From assembly GCA_037146995.1 (NCBI GenBank), contig JBAWWA010000008.1:1-57861 (forward strand): a stretch of 57,861 nucleotides of DNA, written 5' to 3'. This stretch comes from a bacterium (GTDB taxonomy: Bacteria > Patescibacteriota > Patescibacteriia > Patescibacteriales > GWE2-39-37). Below the pieces are notes generated by a model. The model did no database searches and was not told the DNA's origin. It saw only the letters and a program-made list of their open reading frames with translations. A program made the translations under genes and the position numbers. How positions within the stretch are numbered: the stretch's first letter is position 1; each line of letters opens with the position of its first letter. Of the stretch, positions 26,963 to 36,267 are shown piece by piece.

Positions 26963-27000
26963 AATAGCATATATTGACATATTTGTCAAAATATGCTATT
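26963..27000. promoter_or_regulatory. 38-nt imperfect palindrome (17/19 arm matches) overlapping a TTGACA-17-TATTCT promoter candidate
   Basis: aatagcatatattgacata | tttgtcaaaatatgctatt. The TTGACA of the left arm plus tattct 17 nt downstream resemble sigma-70 -35/-10 elements. Confidence 0.5.
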
Positions 27001-27054
27001 CTTTAATTATAACCAGATCATTAAAAATCAAACATAAAAAAGGGAGGATTTACC

Positions 27055-27711
27055 GTGAAAAAAATTACAAAGTTGGTTGGCCTGATACTAAGCTTGGTTG
27101 CCGTCGAAGCATTCGCTGCAACCCCCACTCCATTAGTGTCTGTAACGTCAGCGGGGTATGACGATGCGATAATTGCCATAACCACTACGGCAGCTGGAAG
27201 TTGTAAAATCAAAGTCTCAAAGACTGTGATCTCGGCGAGATTAACACCAGCTCAATTCGATGCCTTGCCAGCGTCACCTAACCAACCACTTTTAAGCAAC
27301 GGTGTACAGCTCGTCAACATTCCTGGTCTAACGCCATCAACCAAATATTATTTGGCGGTCAAATTGACAGTTGCTGGTGTAGAATCAGTTATGTCGGCGC
27401 CTGTTAGTTTTACGACTAGCACCACCCCACCAGCTCTGCCAGCCACTACGGTTGTGTTAGTCTGGGATCCAAATGTGGAACCCGATTTGGCTAGTTACAA
27501 GGTTTATTACGGCAACAAGTCGCTTTCTGATCCGACTTTTACAGGTTGGACAAACACCTCAGAGGTGAAACCCATTCCACCAGTGAATAACATTCCCACA
27601 ACGCAGACAATTGTGTTGCAAAACATGAGCGGTAGTGTATTTTTTGTGGTAACGGCCATTAACAATACTGGCCTCGAGTCTGGGTATTCGAATGAAGTTA
27701 GGGTAGATTAA
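27055..27711 (+). CDS. Secreted protein with two FN3-like domains
   Basis: GTG start 7 nt after AGGGAGGA. The signal peptide is KLVGLILSLVAVEAFAA. FN3-like hallmarks are YYLAVKLTV and LASYKVYYG...FFVVTAINNTGLES. Confidence 0.7.
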   Translation: MKKITKLVGLILSLVAVEAFAATPTPLVSVTSAGYDDAIIAITTTAAGSCKIKVSKTVISARLTPAQFDALPASPNQPLLSNGVQLVNIPGLTPSTKYYLAVKLTVAGVESVMSAPVSFTTSTTPPALPATTVVLVWDPNVEPDLASYKVYYGNKSLSDPTFTGWTNTSEVKPIPPVNNIPTTQTIVLQNMSGSVFFVVTAINNTGLESGYSNEVRVD

Positions 27712-27722
27712 ACCCAAAATTA

Positions 27723-27756
27723 GAGGGAGACAACAAGTCTCCCTCCTTTTATTTTT
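27723..27756 (+). terminator. Rho-independent terminator
   Basis: gagggagac-aacaa-gtctccctc followed by a T-rich tract. Confidence 0.8.
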
Positions 27757-27757
27757 A

Positions 27758-27786
27758 TTGACAATTTGTTTTACATGTATTATATT
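27758..27786 (+). promoter_or_regulatory. Sigma-70-type promoter of the glyQS leader (TTGACA-17 nt-TATATT)
   Basis: ttgaca at 27758-27763, 17-nt spacer, tatatt at 27781-27786. Confidence 0.7.
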
Positions 27787-27793
27787 TTTATTA

Positions 27794-27948
27794 CTTGAGG
27801 GAGTTTGGCACCCTTAAGCAACTACATAAAAAGGTGTTGGCTTATTGCCAAAAAGCGGGTGGAACCGCGGGTCTATCGATTAGTTTTAGCACTAGATAAC
27901 TCGTCCCGAATAATCAATATTTTTTGGTTATTCGGGACGAGTTTTTTT
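27794..27948 (+). promoter_or_regulatory. T-box leader (Gly specifier GGC) with intrinsic terminator, controlling glyQS
   Basis: The T-box core is AGCGGGTGGAACCGCGGG at 27855-27870. The hand-folded antiterminator has A1 cggg(27856-59)/cccg(27905-08), the 7-nt bulge UGGAACC (27860-66) and A2 gcgggt(27867-72)/actcgt(27899-904). The competing terminator is actcgtcccgaataa(27899-913)/ttattcgggacgagt(27928-42) plus T6. The stem cttgaggg/cccttaag carries the loop AGUUUGGCA with GGC at 27807-09 followed by A. Confidence 0.8.
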
Positions 27949-28026
27949 GTGTGTAATGATTACTTAAAAATGGAATTTCGCTAAATTTAAAAATCGCTTT
28001 TCTTTTCGGAAAGCTATAAGAAAAAT

Positions 28027-29439
28027 ATGTCAGAACAAGTATTTAATATGGAGGCGATGGCCTCATTTTGCAAACGCAAGGGTTTTGTCTTTCCTTCATC
28101 AGAAATTTACGGCGGCTTTGGTGCTATTTATGACTATGGTCATTATGGCATTATGCTAAAAAATAATATCCGTGATGCCTGGTGGAAACACATGATTCAA
28201 CTGCGCGATGATGTGGTAGCCTTGGATAGTGCAATTTTCATGCATCCGACAACCTGGGTTGCTTCCGGACATGTTGGTGGCTTTGATGATCCGCAACTTG
28301 ATTGCAAGGACTGTAAGACAAGAATGCGCGCTGATCACGTCCTTGAGTCGTTTGGGGTTAACGCTGATAAACAACCACTTGAATATATCAATGCTGAGCT
28401 GGATAAGTTGCGTGTTGAACACAAGTTGAAATGCATAAATTGCAAATCGGAAAATGTGACCGAGGCTAAGAGGTTTTCCTTGATGGTAAAATCAAATATC
28501 GGTTCACCGACCGATGCTTTGTCTGAAGATAATGTGGTTTATTTACGACCAGAGACTTGCGGTGGTATTTATCTTGAGTACAAAAATACGGTCGATTCAA
28601 TTCATCCAAAATTGCCTTTTGGTATTGCTCAGGTTGGTAAAGCCTTTCGTAACGAAATCGTGGCACGACAGTTCATTTTTAGAACCAGGGAGTTCGAACA
28701 AATGGAGATGCAATATTTTTTAAAGCCCGAAGATATGGTCTCGAGCTATGAAATGTGGAAAGGTGTGCGCTGGCAATGGTATTTGAACTACGGTATTGAT
28801 GAGTCTAAAATTCGTTGGTATAAACATGAAAAATTAGCTCATTATGCCTCTGAGGCCTATGACATTGAATATGATTATAAATGCTTAGGCGGCTTTAAGG
28901 AAGTCGAAGGTATTCATGCTAGGGGTGACTGGGACTTGTCACAGCACTCTAAATTTTCAGGCGTAGACTTGAGTTATTATGATCAGGCCAATGACGTACG
29001 TTTTACGCCACACATTATGGAAACATCAGTCGGTTTGAATCGCTTGTTTTTAATGTTTGTCGACAATGCTTACACTGAAGAAGAATTAACCAATCAAAAA
29101 GGGGAAAAAGAGACCCGCATTGTTTTGAAGTTTCATAAGGATATTGCTCCGATTAAAGTTGCGATTTTCCCACTCTTAAAAAACAAACCAGACTTGGTTG
29201 CCAAGGCAAAAGAAGTCTTTAATGAATTACGTCAAACTTGGATGTGTGAGTTTGATGATAATGGCAACGTCGGCAAGCGCTATCGACGTCAAGACGAGAT
29301 TGGTACGCCATATTGTGTGACTGTTGATTTTGACACTCTGGAGAAGGGGTTAGTTACAGTGCGTGATCGTGATACTATGGTGCAAGAATCGGTTAAGGTT
29401 GAAGATTTAAAGGTATATTTAGCCTCTAAATTGGCGTAA
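28027..29439 (+). CDS. glyQS: Glycyl-tRNA synthetase (dimeric alpha2 class II type)
   Basis: FPSSEIYGGFGAIYDYGHYG, YLRPETCGGIY, FRNEI..R.FIFRTREFEQMEMQYF, with a C-terminal anticodon-binding domain. Confidence 0.95.
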   Translation: MSEQVFNMEAMASFCKRKGFVFPSSEIYGGFGAIYDYGHYGIMLKNNIRDAWWKHMIQLRDDVVALDSAIFMHPTTWVASGHVGGFDDPQLDCKDCKTRMRADHVLESFGVNADKQPLEYINAELDKLRVEHKLKCINCKSENVTEAKRFSLMVKSNIGSPTDALSEDNVVYLRPETCGGIYLEYKNTVDSIHPKLPFGIAQVGKAFRNEIVARQFIFRTREFEQMEMQYFLKPEDMVSSYEMWKGVRWQWYLNYGIDESKIRWYKHEKLAHYASEAYDIEYDYKCLGGFKEVEGIHARGDWDLSQHSKFSGVDLSYYDQANDVRFTPHIMETSVGLNRLFLMFVDNAYTEEELTNQKGEKETRIVLKFHKDIAPIKVAIFPLLKNKPDLVAKAKEVFNELRQTWMCEFDDNGNVGKRYRRQDEIGTPYCVTVDFDTLEKGLVTVRDRDTMVQESVKVEDLKVYLASKLA

Positions 29440-29475
29440 TAGACATAAGATTTTTTGTTTGATAAGATAAAATAT

Positions 29476-29742
29476 ATGAATATGAATAATTTATTAAATC
29501 CTGAGACAGAGAAAACTGTTAAAAGTATTTTGGATAAACTTTCTTTTGAGAAAAGAAATATTATTGATACTCTCTTGAATCATGTCGGTGAGGATGAAAA
29601 TGGTTTGGAACTGGCCGATGATCAAGAGGCGGTAATTGGACTACTTGAAGAGATTAAGGTTCAGCTGGTTGATGGTGTGAGCGCCACCGAATTGATTGCG
29701 GCGGGTTATGCCAAGAAATTAGACGATGTAATTAATTCTTAA
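29476..29742 (+). CDS. Small acidic hypothetical protein
   Basis: First ATG within the tracked ORF, whose own start at 29455 is TTG. 88 aa, no recognisable motif. Confidence 0.4.
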   Translation: MNMNNLLNPETEKTVKSILDKLSFEKRNIIDTLLNHVGEDENGLELADDQEAVIGLLEEIKVQLVDGVSATELIAAGYAKKLDDVINS

Positions 29743-29754
29743 TATAATACTACA

Positions 29755-29928
29755 ATGATTAAAGTTTCACACGATTTGTGTATTGGTTGCGGTACGTGCG
29801 CGGCCTTGTCACCAAAGGTTTTTATCATGAATGCTGAGGGTAAGTCAGACGTTATTTCTCAGGATGACATCGAGGGGGCCAAAAATGCGGCCGCCAGTTG
29901 CCCAGTTACTGCAATTTCAGTTGAATAG
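29755..29928 (+). CDS. Small ferredoxin (single [3Fe-4S]/[4Fe-4S]-type cluster), 57 aa; absent from the ORF track because it is under 60 aa
   Basis: Hand translation gives MIKVSHDLCIGCGTCAALSPKVFIMNAEGKSDVISQDDIEGAKNAAASCPVTAISVE*. It has CxxCxxC...CP spacing and is followed by a strong terminator. Confidence 0.75.
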   Translation: MIKVSHDLCIGCGTCAALSPKVFIMNAEGKSDVISQDDIEGAKNAAASCPVTAISVE

Positions 29929-29942
29929 TTAGCTTAGTTAGC

Positions 29943-29974
29943 AAAAAGGCGCCAATACAGATTGGCGCCTTTTT
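29943..29974 (+). terminator. Rho-independent terminator
   Basis: ggcgccaat-acag-attggcgcc followed by ttttt. Confidence 0.85.
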
Positions 29975-30015
29975 TAGTTGTCTAAAACATTTAAAGGTGG
30001 TAATTTGAAAATACT

Positions 30016-31347
30016 ATGACGCTTGAAGATGTTAAAAAATTAAATATTCCAGTGCGGCCAGGGAGTTATCAGTATTACGATGATAAGGGAGCGATAATCT
30101 ATGTTGGCAAGGCGGCAAACTTAAAGAGCCGTGTTTTGTCGTACTGGCAAAAAAGTACCACTCATTCACCAATGAAGGCAGCGATGATGAAGGCTATTGT
30201 AAAAATAATGTGGATTGAGACTGACTCGGAAATCGAGGCTTTGTTACTAGAATCAAATCTCATAAAAAAATATCAGCCTTATTATAATATTTTAATGCGC
30301 GATGATAAACGTTACGCCTATATCAAGATTTCGCTGGAAGATGAGATACCGGGAGTATTTATTGTGCGTAATTTAGATAAGTCTGGTAAATATTTTGGTC
30401 CGTTTACTAATACGACCGCTTTAAATGAGACGCTAAAAGTCATTCGTAAAATCTGGCCCTATTGTACTGAACGCAAACAAAAGGCTAAACCATGTTTTTA
30501 TTCTCAGGTTGGGCGTTGTCTCGGAATCTGCGGTGGCTTGATTGAACGTCGTGAGTATTTGGAGAGGGTTATTAGGCCGATTGTTTTATTTTTTGAGGGA
30601 CGAAAGGCTCAAATTGTTAAGGACAATGAAACTAGAATTAAAAAATTAAATAAGCAGATTGAAAAAGAAGAGGATGAAGCGATAAGTGAAAAGTTAAACG
30701 AAGAGTTGCGACATGCAAAGTATACACTGCTCAACATGAGAAATGTTTTAGAACATGCCAATGTCCTTGGCTTGATTGATAAATATGCCACTGATGTAGT
30801 TGAACTTGCGAAAGTGCTCGGATTAACCAAGACACCGCAACGTATAGAGGGTTATGATATCTCAAATAATTTTGGCAAAGAAGCTGTTGGGTCAATGGTG
30901 GTTTTTCGTGAGGGTGAGCCAGACAAAAATGAATATCGAAAGTTTAAAATAAAATCTGTCGAATTGTCGAATCTAAAAATTATGCGACGAGACGTTAAAA
31001 GAGGTGATACGCAAATGCTGCAAGAGGTAATGTCCAGACGTTTGACTAATGATTGGCCACTGCCTGACTTGATCATTATTGATGGTGGTAAGGGGCAGGT
31101 TAGTGCTGTTGCGTCTATTTTAAAGAAAGCTAAATTAGATATTCAAATAATTGGCATCTCAAAGGGTGATGGATTACGTTCCGGTATTGCTCCCGATAAG
31201 CTATTTTTTCCAGGTGAAAAAAAACCATTACAATTACCATTATCTTCTCCAGCACTCCACTTGATCAAGCGAGTACGCGATGAGGCGCATCGCTTTGCCA
31301 TTACTTATCATCGCAATCTGCGTAGTCGTGACTGGCTAGAAAAATAG
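30016..31347 (+). CDS. uvrC: Excinuclease ABC subunit C, short form (no C-terminal HhH2 domain visible)
   Basis: GIY-YIG block PGSYQYYDDKGAIIYVGKAANLKSRV, endonuclease block RIEGYDISNNFGKEAVGSMVVF...YRKFKIK, and DEAHRFAITYHR. The ORF ends 12 aa later at 443 aa. Confidence 0.85.
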   Translation: MTLEDVKKLNIPVRPGSYQYYDDKGAIIYVGKAANLKSRVLSYWQKSTTHSPMKAAMMKAIVKIMWIETDSEIEALLLESNLIKKYQPYYNILMRDDKRYAYIKISLEDEIPGVFIVRNLDKSGKYFGPFTNTTALNETLKVIRKIWPYCTERKQKAKPCFYSQVGRCLGICGGLIERREYLERVIRPIVLFFEGRKAQIVKDNETRIKKLNKQIEKEEDEAISEKLNEELRHAKYTLLNMRNVLEHANVLGLIDKYATDVVELAKVLGLTKTPQRIEGYDISNNFGKEAVGSMVVFREGEPDKNEYRKFKIKSVELSNLKIMRRDVKRGDTQMLQEVMSRRLTNDWPLPDLIIIDGGKGQVSAVASILKKAKLDIQIIGISKGDGLRSGIAPDKLFFPGEKKPLQLPLSSPALHLIKRVRDEAHRFAITYHRNLRSRDWLEK

Positions 31348-31348
31348 C

Positions 31349-33178
31349 CTAACTCCTATCCAAAATATTTTCTCGGTTTTGTGCTGTTGTGCCCTTGGGG
31401 GTGATATGGTGTTTTTTGTTATAAGTGACCTGAATCTTGCGACGACGATTCGTTTCCTTGATGGCACTGGCCATGGCTGGAGTTATTTTGTCGCCATACA
31501 TAATGACGCGGCCGTCGAGATGGCGTGCCGCCCGACCCATGGTTTGAATGAGTGAAGTTTCGGTACGTAAAAAACCGGGTACATCAGCATCTAGAATTGC
31601 AACTAATGAGACCTCTGGCAGGTCCAGGCCTTCACGTAATAAATTTATGCCAACTAAAACATCGTATTTGCCCGAACGCAGATCACGTAAAATCTCAACT
31701 CTCTCAAGAGTGTCGACTTCACTATGCAGATACTGCGATTTGATGTGATGTTCGGCTAAAAAATTTGATAGTTCCTCGGCCATGCGCTTGGTGATGGTGG
31801 TCACAAGGACGCGTTGCTTTTTGGCAACCACAATTTCTATTTCTTTTATCAGGTCGACGATTTGGTTTTTGGTTGGCCTGAGCTCGATTTCTGGTTCGAT
31901 AAGGCCGGTTGGCCGGACAATTTGCTCAGCTGTTTGCAGCGAAGTGCGCGCTTCATAAGGGCCAGGTGTAGCACTGACGTAGATGATTTGCTTGATCTTT
32001 TGTTCGAATTCGCCAAAATTTAACGGGCGATTATCTCTGGCACTTGGCAACCTAAAGCCGTAATCAACAAGATTTTGTTTTCTTGATTGGTCGCCACCAT
32101 ACATGCCGCCAATCTGGGGAATGGTGGCATGTGATTCATCGGCAATGATTAAAAAATCCTCTGGAAAAAAATCGATCAACGTGGCTGGCGGTTCGCCTGG
32201 GTTACGACCGGACATGTGACGTGAATAATTTTCAATGCCATTACAATAGCCGACCTGTTCCATCATTTCGAGGTCGTAATTGGTTTTACGTTCTAGTCGA
32301 TAGGCCTCTAATTCTTTGCCGGCCTTGACCATGGCATCAAGCTGTTGTTTTAATTCGACGCGAATGTCGGCGATAGCACGCTTCATGCGATCGATTGGTG
32401 TCATGAAGTGTTTGGCTGGTAAAATAAGCACTTCATTTAAAATGGCTGGGGTAATACTGCTGAAGGTTTCGGCCCAAGTTAGGGCGTGGCCTGGTTGGAT
32501 AGTATAGAGCTTGATTCTATCAATCATGTCGCCAAATAATTCGAAGCGAACAATAGCTTCGCCGGTTGCCAGGTGGACGTCAACTATTTCGCCTTTGACT
32601 CTGAATTGACCGCGACGGAATTCTAAATCGTTACGTTCATACTGAATGGATATGAGTTGATGTAGTAGGTCATTGCGGGCTATTATTTGACCAGAGAAAA
32701 ATTGTCGGCTTAGGGCGGCATAGTCCTCCTTTTCGCCGAGACCATAAATACAGGAAACTGAGGCGACAATAATGACGTCACGTCGATTGATGAGTGATTG
32801 GGTTGAGGCGTGACGCAAACGGTCTATTTCTTCGTTGATAGTCGCCTCTTTTTCTATGTAGGTATCAGTTTGTGGTATGTAGGCTTCTGGCTGGTAATAG
32901 TCATAGTAAGAAACGAAATAATGCACAGCATTGTGCGGAAAAAACTGCCGCATTTCGCCATAAAGCTGGGCGGCCAGGGTTTTATTGTGAGACATTATCA
33001 GGGTTGGTCTTTGTGTGGCCTCAATGACTTTGGCCATGGTAAAAGTCTTGCCAGAGCCAGTTACGCCGAGCAAGGTTTGTGCTTTTAGGCCAGACTTAAG
33101 GCCGCTGATAAGTTTTTTTATGGCCTTGGGTTGATCACCGGCAGGTTTGTAAGGGCTTTGGAAGATGAATTTGCTCAT
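31349..33178 (-). CDS. uvrB: Excinuclease ABC subunit B, short form (no C-terminal UVR domain visible)
   Basis: [12 protein letters not shown] (Walker A), DESH, beta-hairpin region [19 protein letters not shown]. 609 aa. Confidence 0.95.
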   Translation of the reverse strand: MSKFIFQSPYKPAGDQPKAIKKLISGLKSGLKAQTLLGVTGSGKTFTMAKVIEATQRPTLIMSHNKTLAAQLYGEMRQFFPHNAVHYFVSYYDYYQPEAYIPQTDTYIEKEATINEEIDRLRHASTQSLINRRDVIIVASVSCIYGLGEKEDYAALSRQFFSGQIIARNDLLHQLISIQYERNDLEFRRGQFRVKGEIVDVHLATGEAIVRFELFGDMIDRIKLYTIQPGHALTWAETFSSITPAILNEVLILPAKHFMTPIDRMKRAIADIRVELKQQLDAMVKAGKELEAYRLERKTNYDLEMMEQVGYCNGIENYSRHMSGRNPGEPPATLIDFFPEDFLIIADESHATIPQIGGMYGGDQSRKQNLVDYGFRLPSARDNRPLNFGEFEQKIKQIIYVSATPGPYEARTSLQTAEQIVRPTGLIEPEIELRPTKNQIVDLIKEIEIVVAKKQRVLVTTITKRMAEELSNFLAEHHIKSQYLHSEVDTLERVEILRDLRSGKYDVLVGINLLREGLDLPEVSLVAILDADVPGFLRTETSLIQTMGRAARHLDGRVIMYGDKITPAMASAIKETNRRRKIQVTYNKKHHITPKGTTAQNRENILDRS

Positions 33179-33311
33179 AAATGTTTGACTACTATAACAG
33201 TTTTGTTGTTTAAAATCAATGCTTTTATTTTTGACAAATGGGCTATTATGGGGTAGATTTAAAACATAAAATGACCTGATAATTCAGTCTAATACTGGGT
33301 TTTGTAATTAT

Positions 33312-36251
33312 ATGACCAATCAAGTAGAACATAAAGTTAATCAGTTTGCCGAAATGGAAAAAGAGGTAGGTGATTTTTGGAATAGAGCAAATATCTTTCA
33401 AAAATCAGTTGAACGTGAGGCGCCACGGGGTGATTATGTTTTTTATGACGGACCACCGTTTGCTACGGGTCTGCCTCATTATGGTCACATTGTCGGTAGC
33501 GTCATGAAGGATGTCGTGCCTCGTTATTTTACCATGAATGGTTACAAGGTTGAACGCAAATGGGGTTGGGATTGTCATGGTCTGCCAATTGAGAATATTG
33601 CCGAAAAAGAACTTGGCTTTAATCAGAAAAAAGATATTATAGAATACGGCATTGATAAATTCAACGAACTTTGTCGTACGCGCGTCGAGGATTATGCTGA
33701 AAATTGGGAGAAAGTTATGGGTCGTTTGGGGCGCTGGGCAGATATGAAGAACAGCTATCGTACTATGGATCTTCCGTATATGGAATCCATTTGGTGGGTT
33801 TTTAAGCAACTTTGGGACAAGGATTTAATTTATGAAGGTTATCGTTCGATTCATGTTTGTCCGCGTTGCGAAACTACATTGTCACAAAGCGAGGTTAGTG
33901 AGGGTTATAAAGATGTTAAGGATTTGTCAGCTATTGCTAAATTTAAATTAACTAGCGAATCGGAGACTTATATTTTAGCCTGGACTACTACTCCTTGGAC
34001 CTTGATCGGTAATGTCGCCTTAGCGGTTGGTGCCGAGATCGAATATGTCAAAGTTCAATTGGCGGAGATTAAATTAATTCTAGCCAAGTCAAGACTGGAG
34101 CAAATTTTTAAAGACAAAGAATATGTTATCGTTGAACATATCAAGGGCAGCCAGCTAGTGGGCATGAAATATGAGCCGTTATTTGATTTTTATGCTAAAA
34201 ATGAAAATTTACCCAATCGTGAAAATGGTTGGCAGATTTATGCCGCTGATTTTGTAACAACTGAAGATGGCACAGGTGTAGTTCACATTGCACCTGCCTT
34301 CGGCGAAGATGATTTGAATTTGGGTAAAGAATTTAATCTGCCATTCGTTCAGCATGTCGGTATGGACGGTTTGATAAAAACTGAGGCTGGCGAAAAGTTC
34401 GCTGGTCTGTCGGTCAAGCCAATCGATGACCACACCAAGACTGATATTGAAATTATCAAGCATTTGGCTCACGCTGAACAGCTTTTTCATAAGGAAAAAT
34501 ATGAGCATAGTTATCCTCATTGCTGGCGTTGCGATACACCACTGATAAACTATGTCACCTCGTCTTGGTTTATTGATGTAACGAAAATTAAGCATCAGGC
34601 ATTAGTCAATGCTAGCGGTATTAATTGGACACCGGCGCACATCAAGGATGGTCGTTTCGGCAATTGGTTAGGCGGAGCGCGTGACTGGTCTATTAGTCGT
34701 CAAAGATTTTGGGCGAGTGTGATGCCGATTTGGGTTTGTCAGGGCAAAGAAGAATCAGAGACGGACAAGACAAGCGGTTGCAGTCATAAAGTAGTGTTTG
34801 GTTCAGTGGCAGAGTTAGAGGCTGCATGCCAGCAAAAAGTTAGTGACTTGCACAAGCATATTGTTGATGACCTGACTTTTAAGTGCAGTGAGTGCGGTGG
34901 TATGATGAAGCGAGTGCCAGATGTTTTGGATACCTGGTTTGATTCAGGCGCTATGCCATATGCTCAGATGCATTATCCTTTTGAAAATAAAGAAAAGTTT
35001 GAGGCCAATTTCCCGGCCGCTTTTATTGCTGAGGGCATAGATCAAACTAGATGCTGGTTTTATTATATGCATATTTTGGGTACGGCTGTACTCGACAAGC
35101 CAGCGTATAAAAATGTGGTTGTAAATGGGACAGTGCTGGCTGAGGATGGCAAGAAGATGTCAAAAAGACTGAATAACTACCCTGACCCTGTTTTGATGTT
35201 TGATAAATATTCAGCAGATGCCATGCGCAACTATTTACTAACATCTTCAGTGATGGGGGCTGAAAATTTGAATTTTTCAGAAAAGGGAGTTGAGGAGGCC
35301 ATGCGCAAAAATGTCATGATCCTGTGGAATGTTTATAAATTTTATGAAATGTATGCCATTGAAGGTTCACGAGATGACAGGGCTGAGAATATTAGTACCA
35401 ACAAACTTGATCAGTGGATTTTGGCGAAACTTGACTCATTAATCATCGAAGTGACTAAAAATATGGAGGCTTACGATTTACCTCGTTCGGCGCGACCGAT
35501 TGGGGAATTTGTGAATGAGCTCTCTACATGGTATTTACGTCGTTCTCGTGATCGCTTTAAATCTGATGATCAAGTCGATAAAGGCCTCGCATTACAAACC
35601 ACTAAGCACGTATTACTGCAGTTATCTAAAGTGATGGCACCTTTTATGCCATTTATGGCTGAGCAATTATGGCAAAAGGTAGGTGGTTACAATTTTTCTA
35701 ATTTTGACCAGAGTGTTCATTTGGAAGCATGGCCAGTTCGAGATATTAAAAATTTTGAGTCAGACAAAAAAAATATTGATGAAATGGAAGTCGTTAGAAA
35801 GATAGTTGAGGCTGGTTTAGCTGCTCGCGATGAAAAGGGTATAAAAATTCGTCAGCCGTTACCGTATTATTCTACTGAGGTAGTGAGTGAATTGGCCGTG
35901 GAATATCTAGAGATAATTAAGGATGAATTAAATGTACTGGAAGTTAGATTTGGCGAATCAATACTGGGAACGGAAATGACTGAGGAGTTGCTACAAGATG
36001 GGGCAAGGCGAGAAATTGTTAGGTTTGTTAATGCTTTAAGAAAAAATGCTGGCCTAACAATTGAAGATCGCATAGTTTTGCATTTTGAGTCTTCTGATAA
36101 ACGGATCAATGATACCATCGAGATATATAAACAGGCGTTAATGAAAGACGTCTTGGCTAACGACATAGTCGTTGGCAAGAGTGAGGTCTTGATTGAAAAA
36201 AAAGTTGTGGTTAATGGGGCTGAAGTTTGGTTGGGGTTACAAAAAAAATAA
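33312..36251 (+). CDS. ileS: Isoleucyl-tRNA synthetase, type 2 (eukaryote-like)
   Basis: GPPFATGLPHYGHI (HIGH), KMSKRLNNYPDP (KMSKS), CP1 editing block TTTPWTLIGNVALAV. Confidence 0.95.
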   Translation: MTNQVEHKVNQFAEMEKEVGDFWNRANIFQKSVEREAPRGDYVFYDGPPFATGLPHYGHIVGSVMKDVVPRYFTMNGYKVERKWGWDCHGLPIENIAEKELGFNQKKDIIEYGIDKFNELCRTRVEDYAENWEKVMGRLGRWADMKNSYRTMDLPYMESIWWVFKQLWDKDLIYEGYRSIHVCPRCETTLSQSEVSEGYKDVKDLSAIAKFKLTSESETYILAWTTTPWTLIGNVALAVGAEIEYVKVQLAEIKLILAKSRLEQIFKDKEYVIVEHIKGSQLVGMKYEPLFDFYAKNENLPNRENGWQIYAADFVTTEDGTGVVHIAPAFGEDDLNLGKEFNLPFVQHVGMDGLIKTEAGEKFAGLSVKPIDDHTKTDIEIIKHLAHAEQLFHKEKYEHSYPHCWRCDTPLINYVTSSWFIDVTKIKHQALVNASGINWTPAHIKDGRFGNWLGGARDWSISRQRFWASVMPIWVCQGKEESETDKTSGCSHKVVFGSVAELEAACQQKVSDLHKHIVDDLTFKCSECGGMMKRVPDVLDTWFDSGAMPYAQMHYPFENKEKFEANFPAAFIAEGIDQTRCWFYYMHILGTAVLDKPAYKNVVVNGTVLAEDGKKMSKRLNNYPDPVLMFDKYSADAMRNYLLTSSVMGAENLNFSEKGVEEAMRKNVMILWNVYKFYEMYAIEGSRDDRAENISTNKLDQWILAKLDSLIIEVTKNMEAYDLPRSARPIGEFVNELSTWYLRRSRDRFKSDDQVDKGLALQTTKHVLLQLSKVMAPFMPFMAEQLWQKVGGYNFSNFDQSVHLEAWPVRDIKNFESDKKNIDEMEVVRKIVEAGLAARDEKGIKIRQPLPYYSTEVVSELAVEYLEIIKDELNVLEVRFGESILGTEMTEELLQDGARREIVRFVNALRKNAGLTIEDRIVLHFESSDKRINDTIEIYKQALMKDVLANDIVVGKSEVLIEKKVVVNGAEVWLGLQKK

Positions 36252-36267
36252 CATAAGGAGGTGCCTC

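Noticed and set aside
36193-36267. Upstream extension of the Cys-rich microprotein ORF overlapping the ileS 3' end
   Set aside because: There is no Shine-Dalgarno, and it overlaps ileS coding sequence. The ATG at 36268 has a perfect AAGGAGG.
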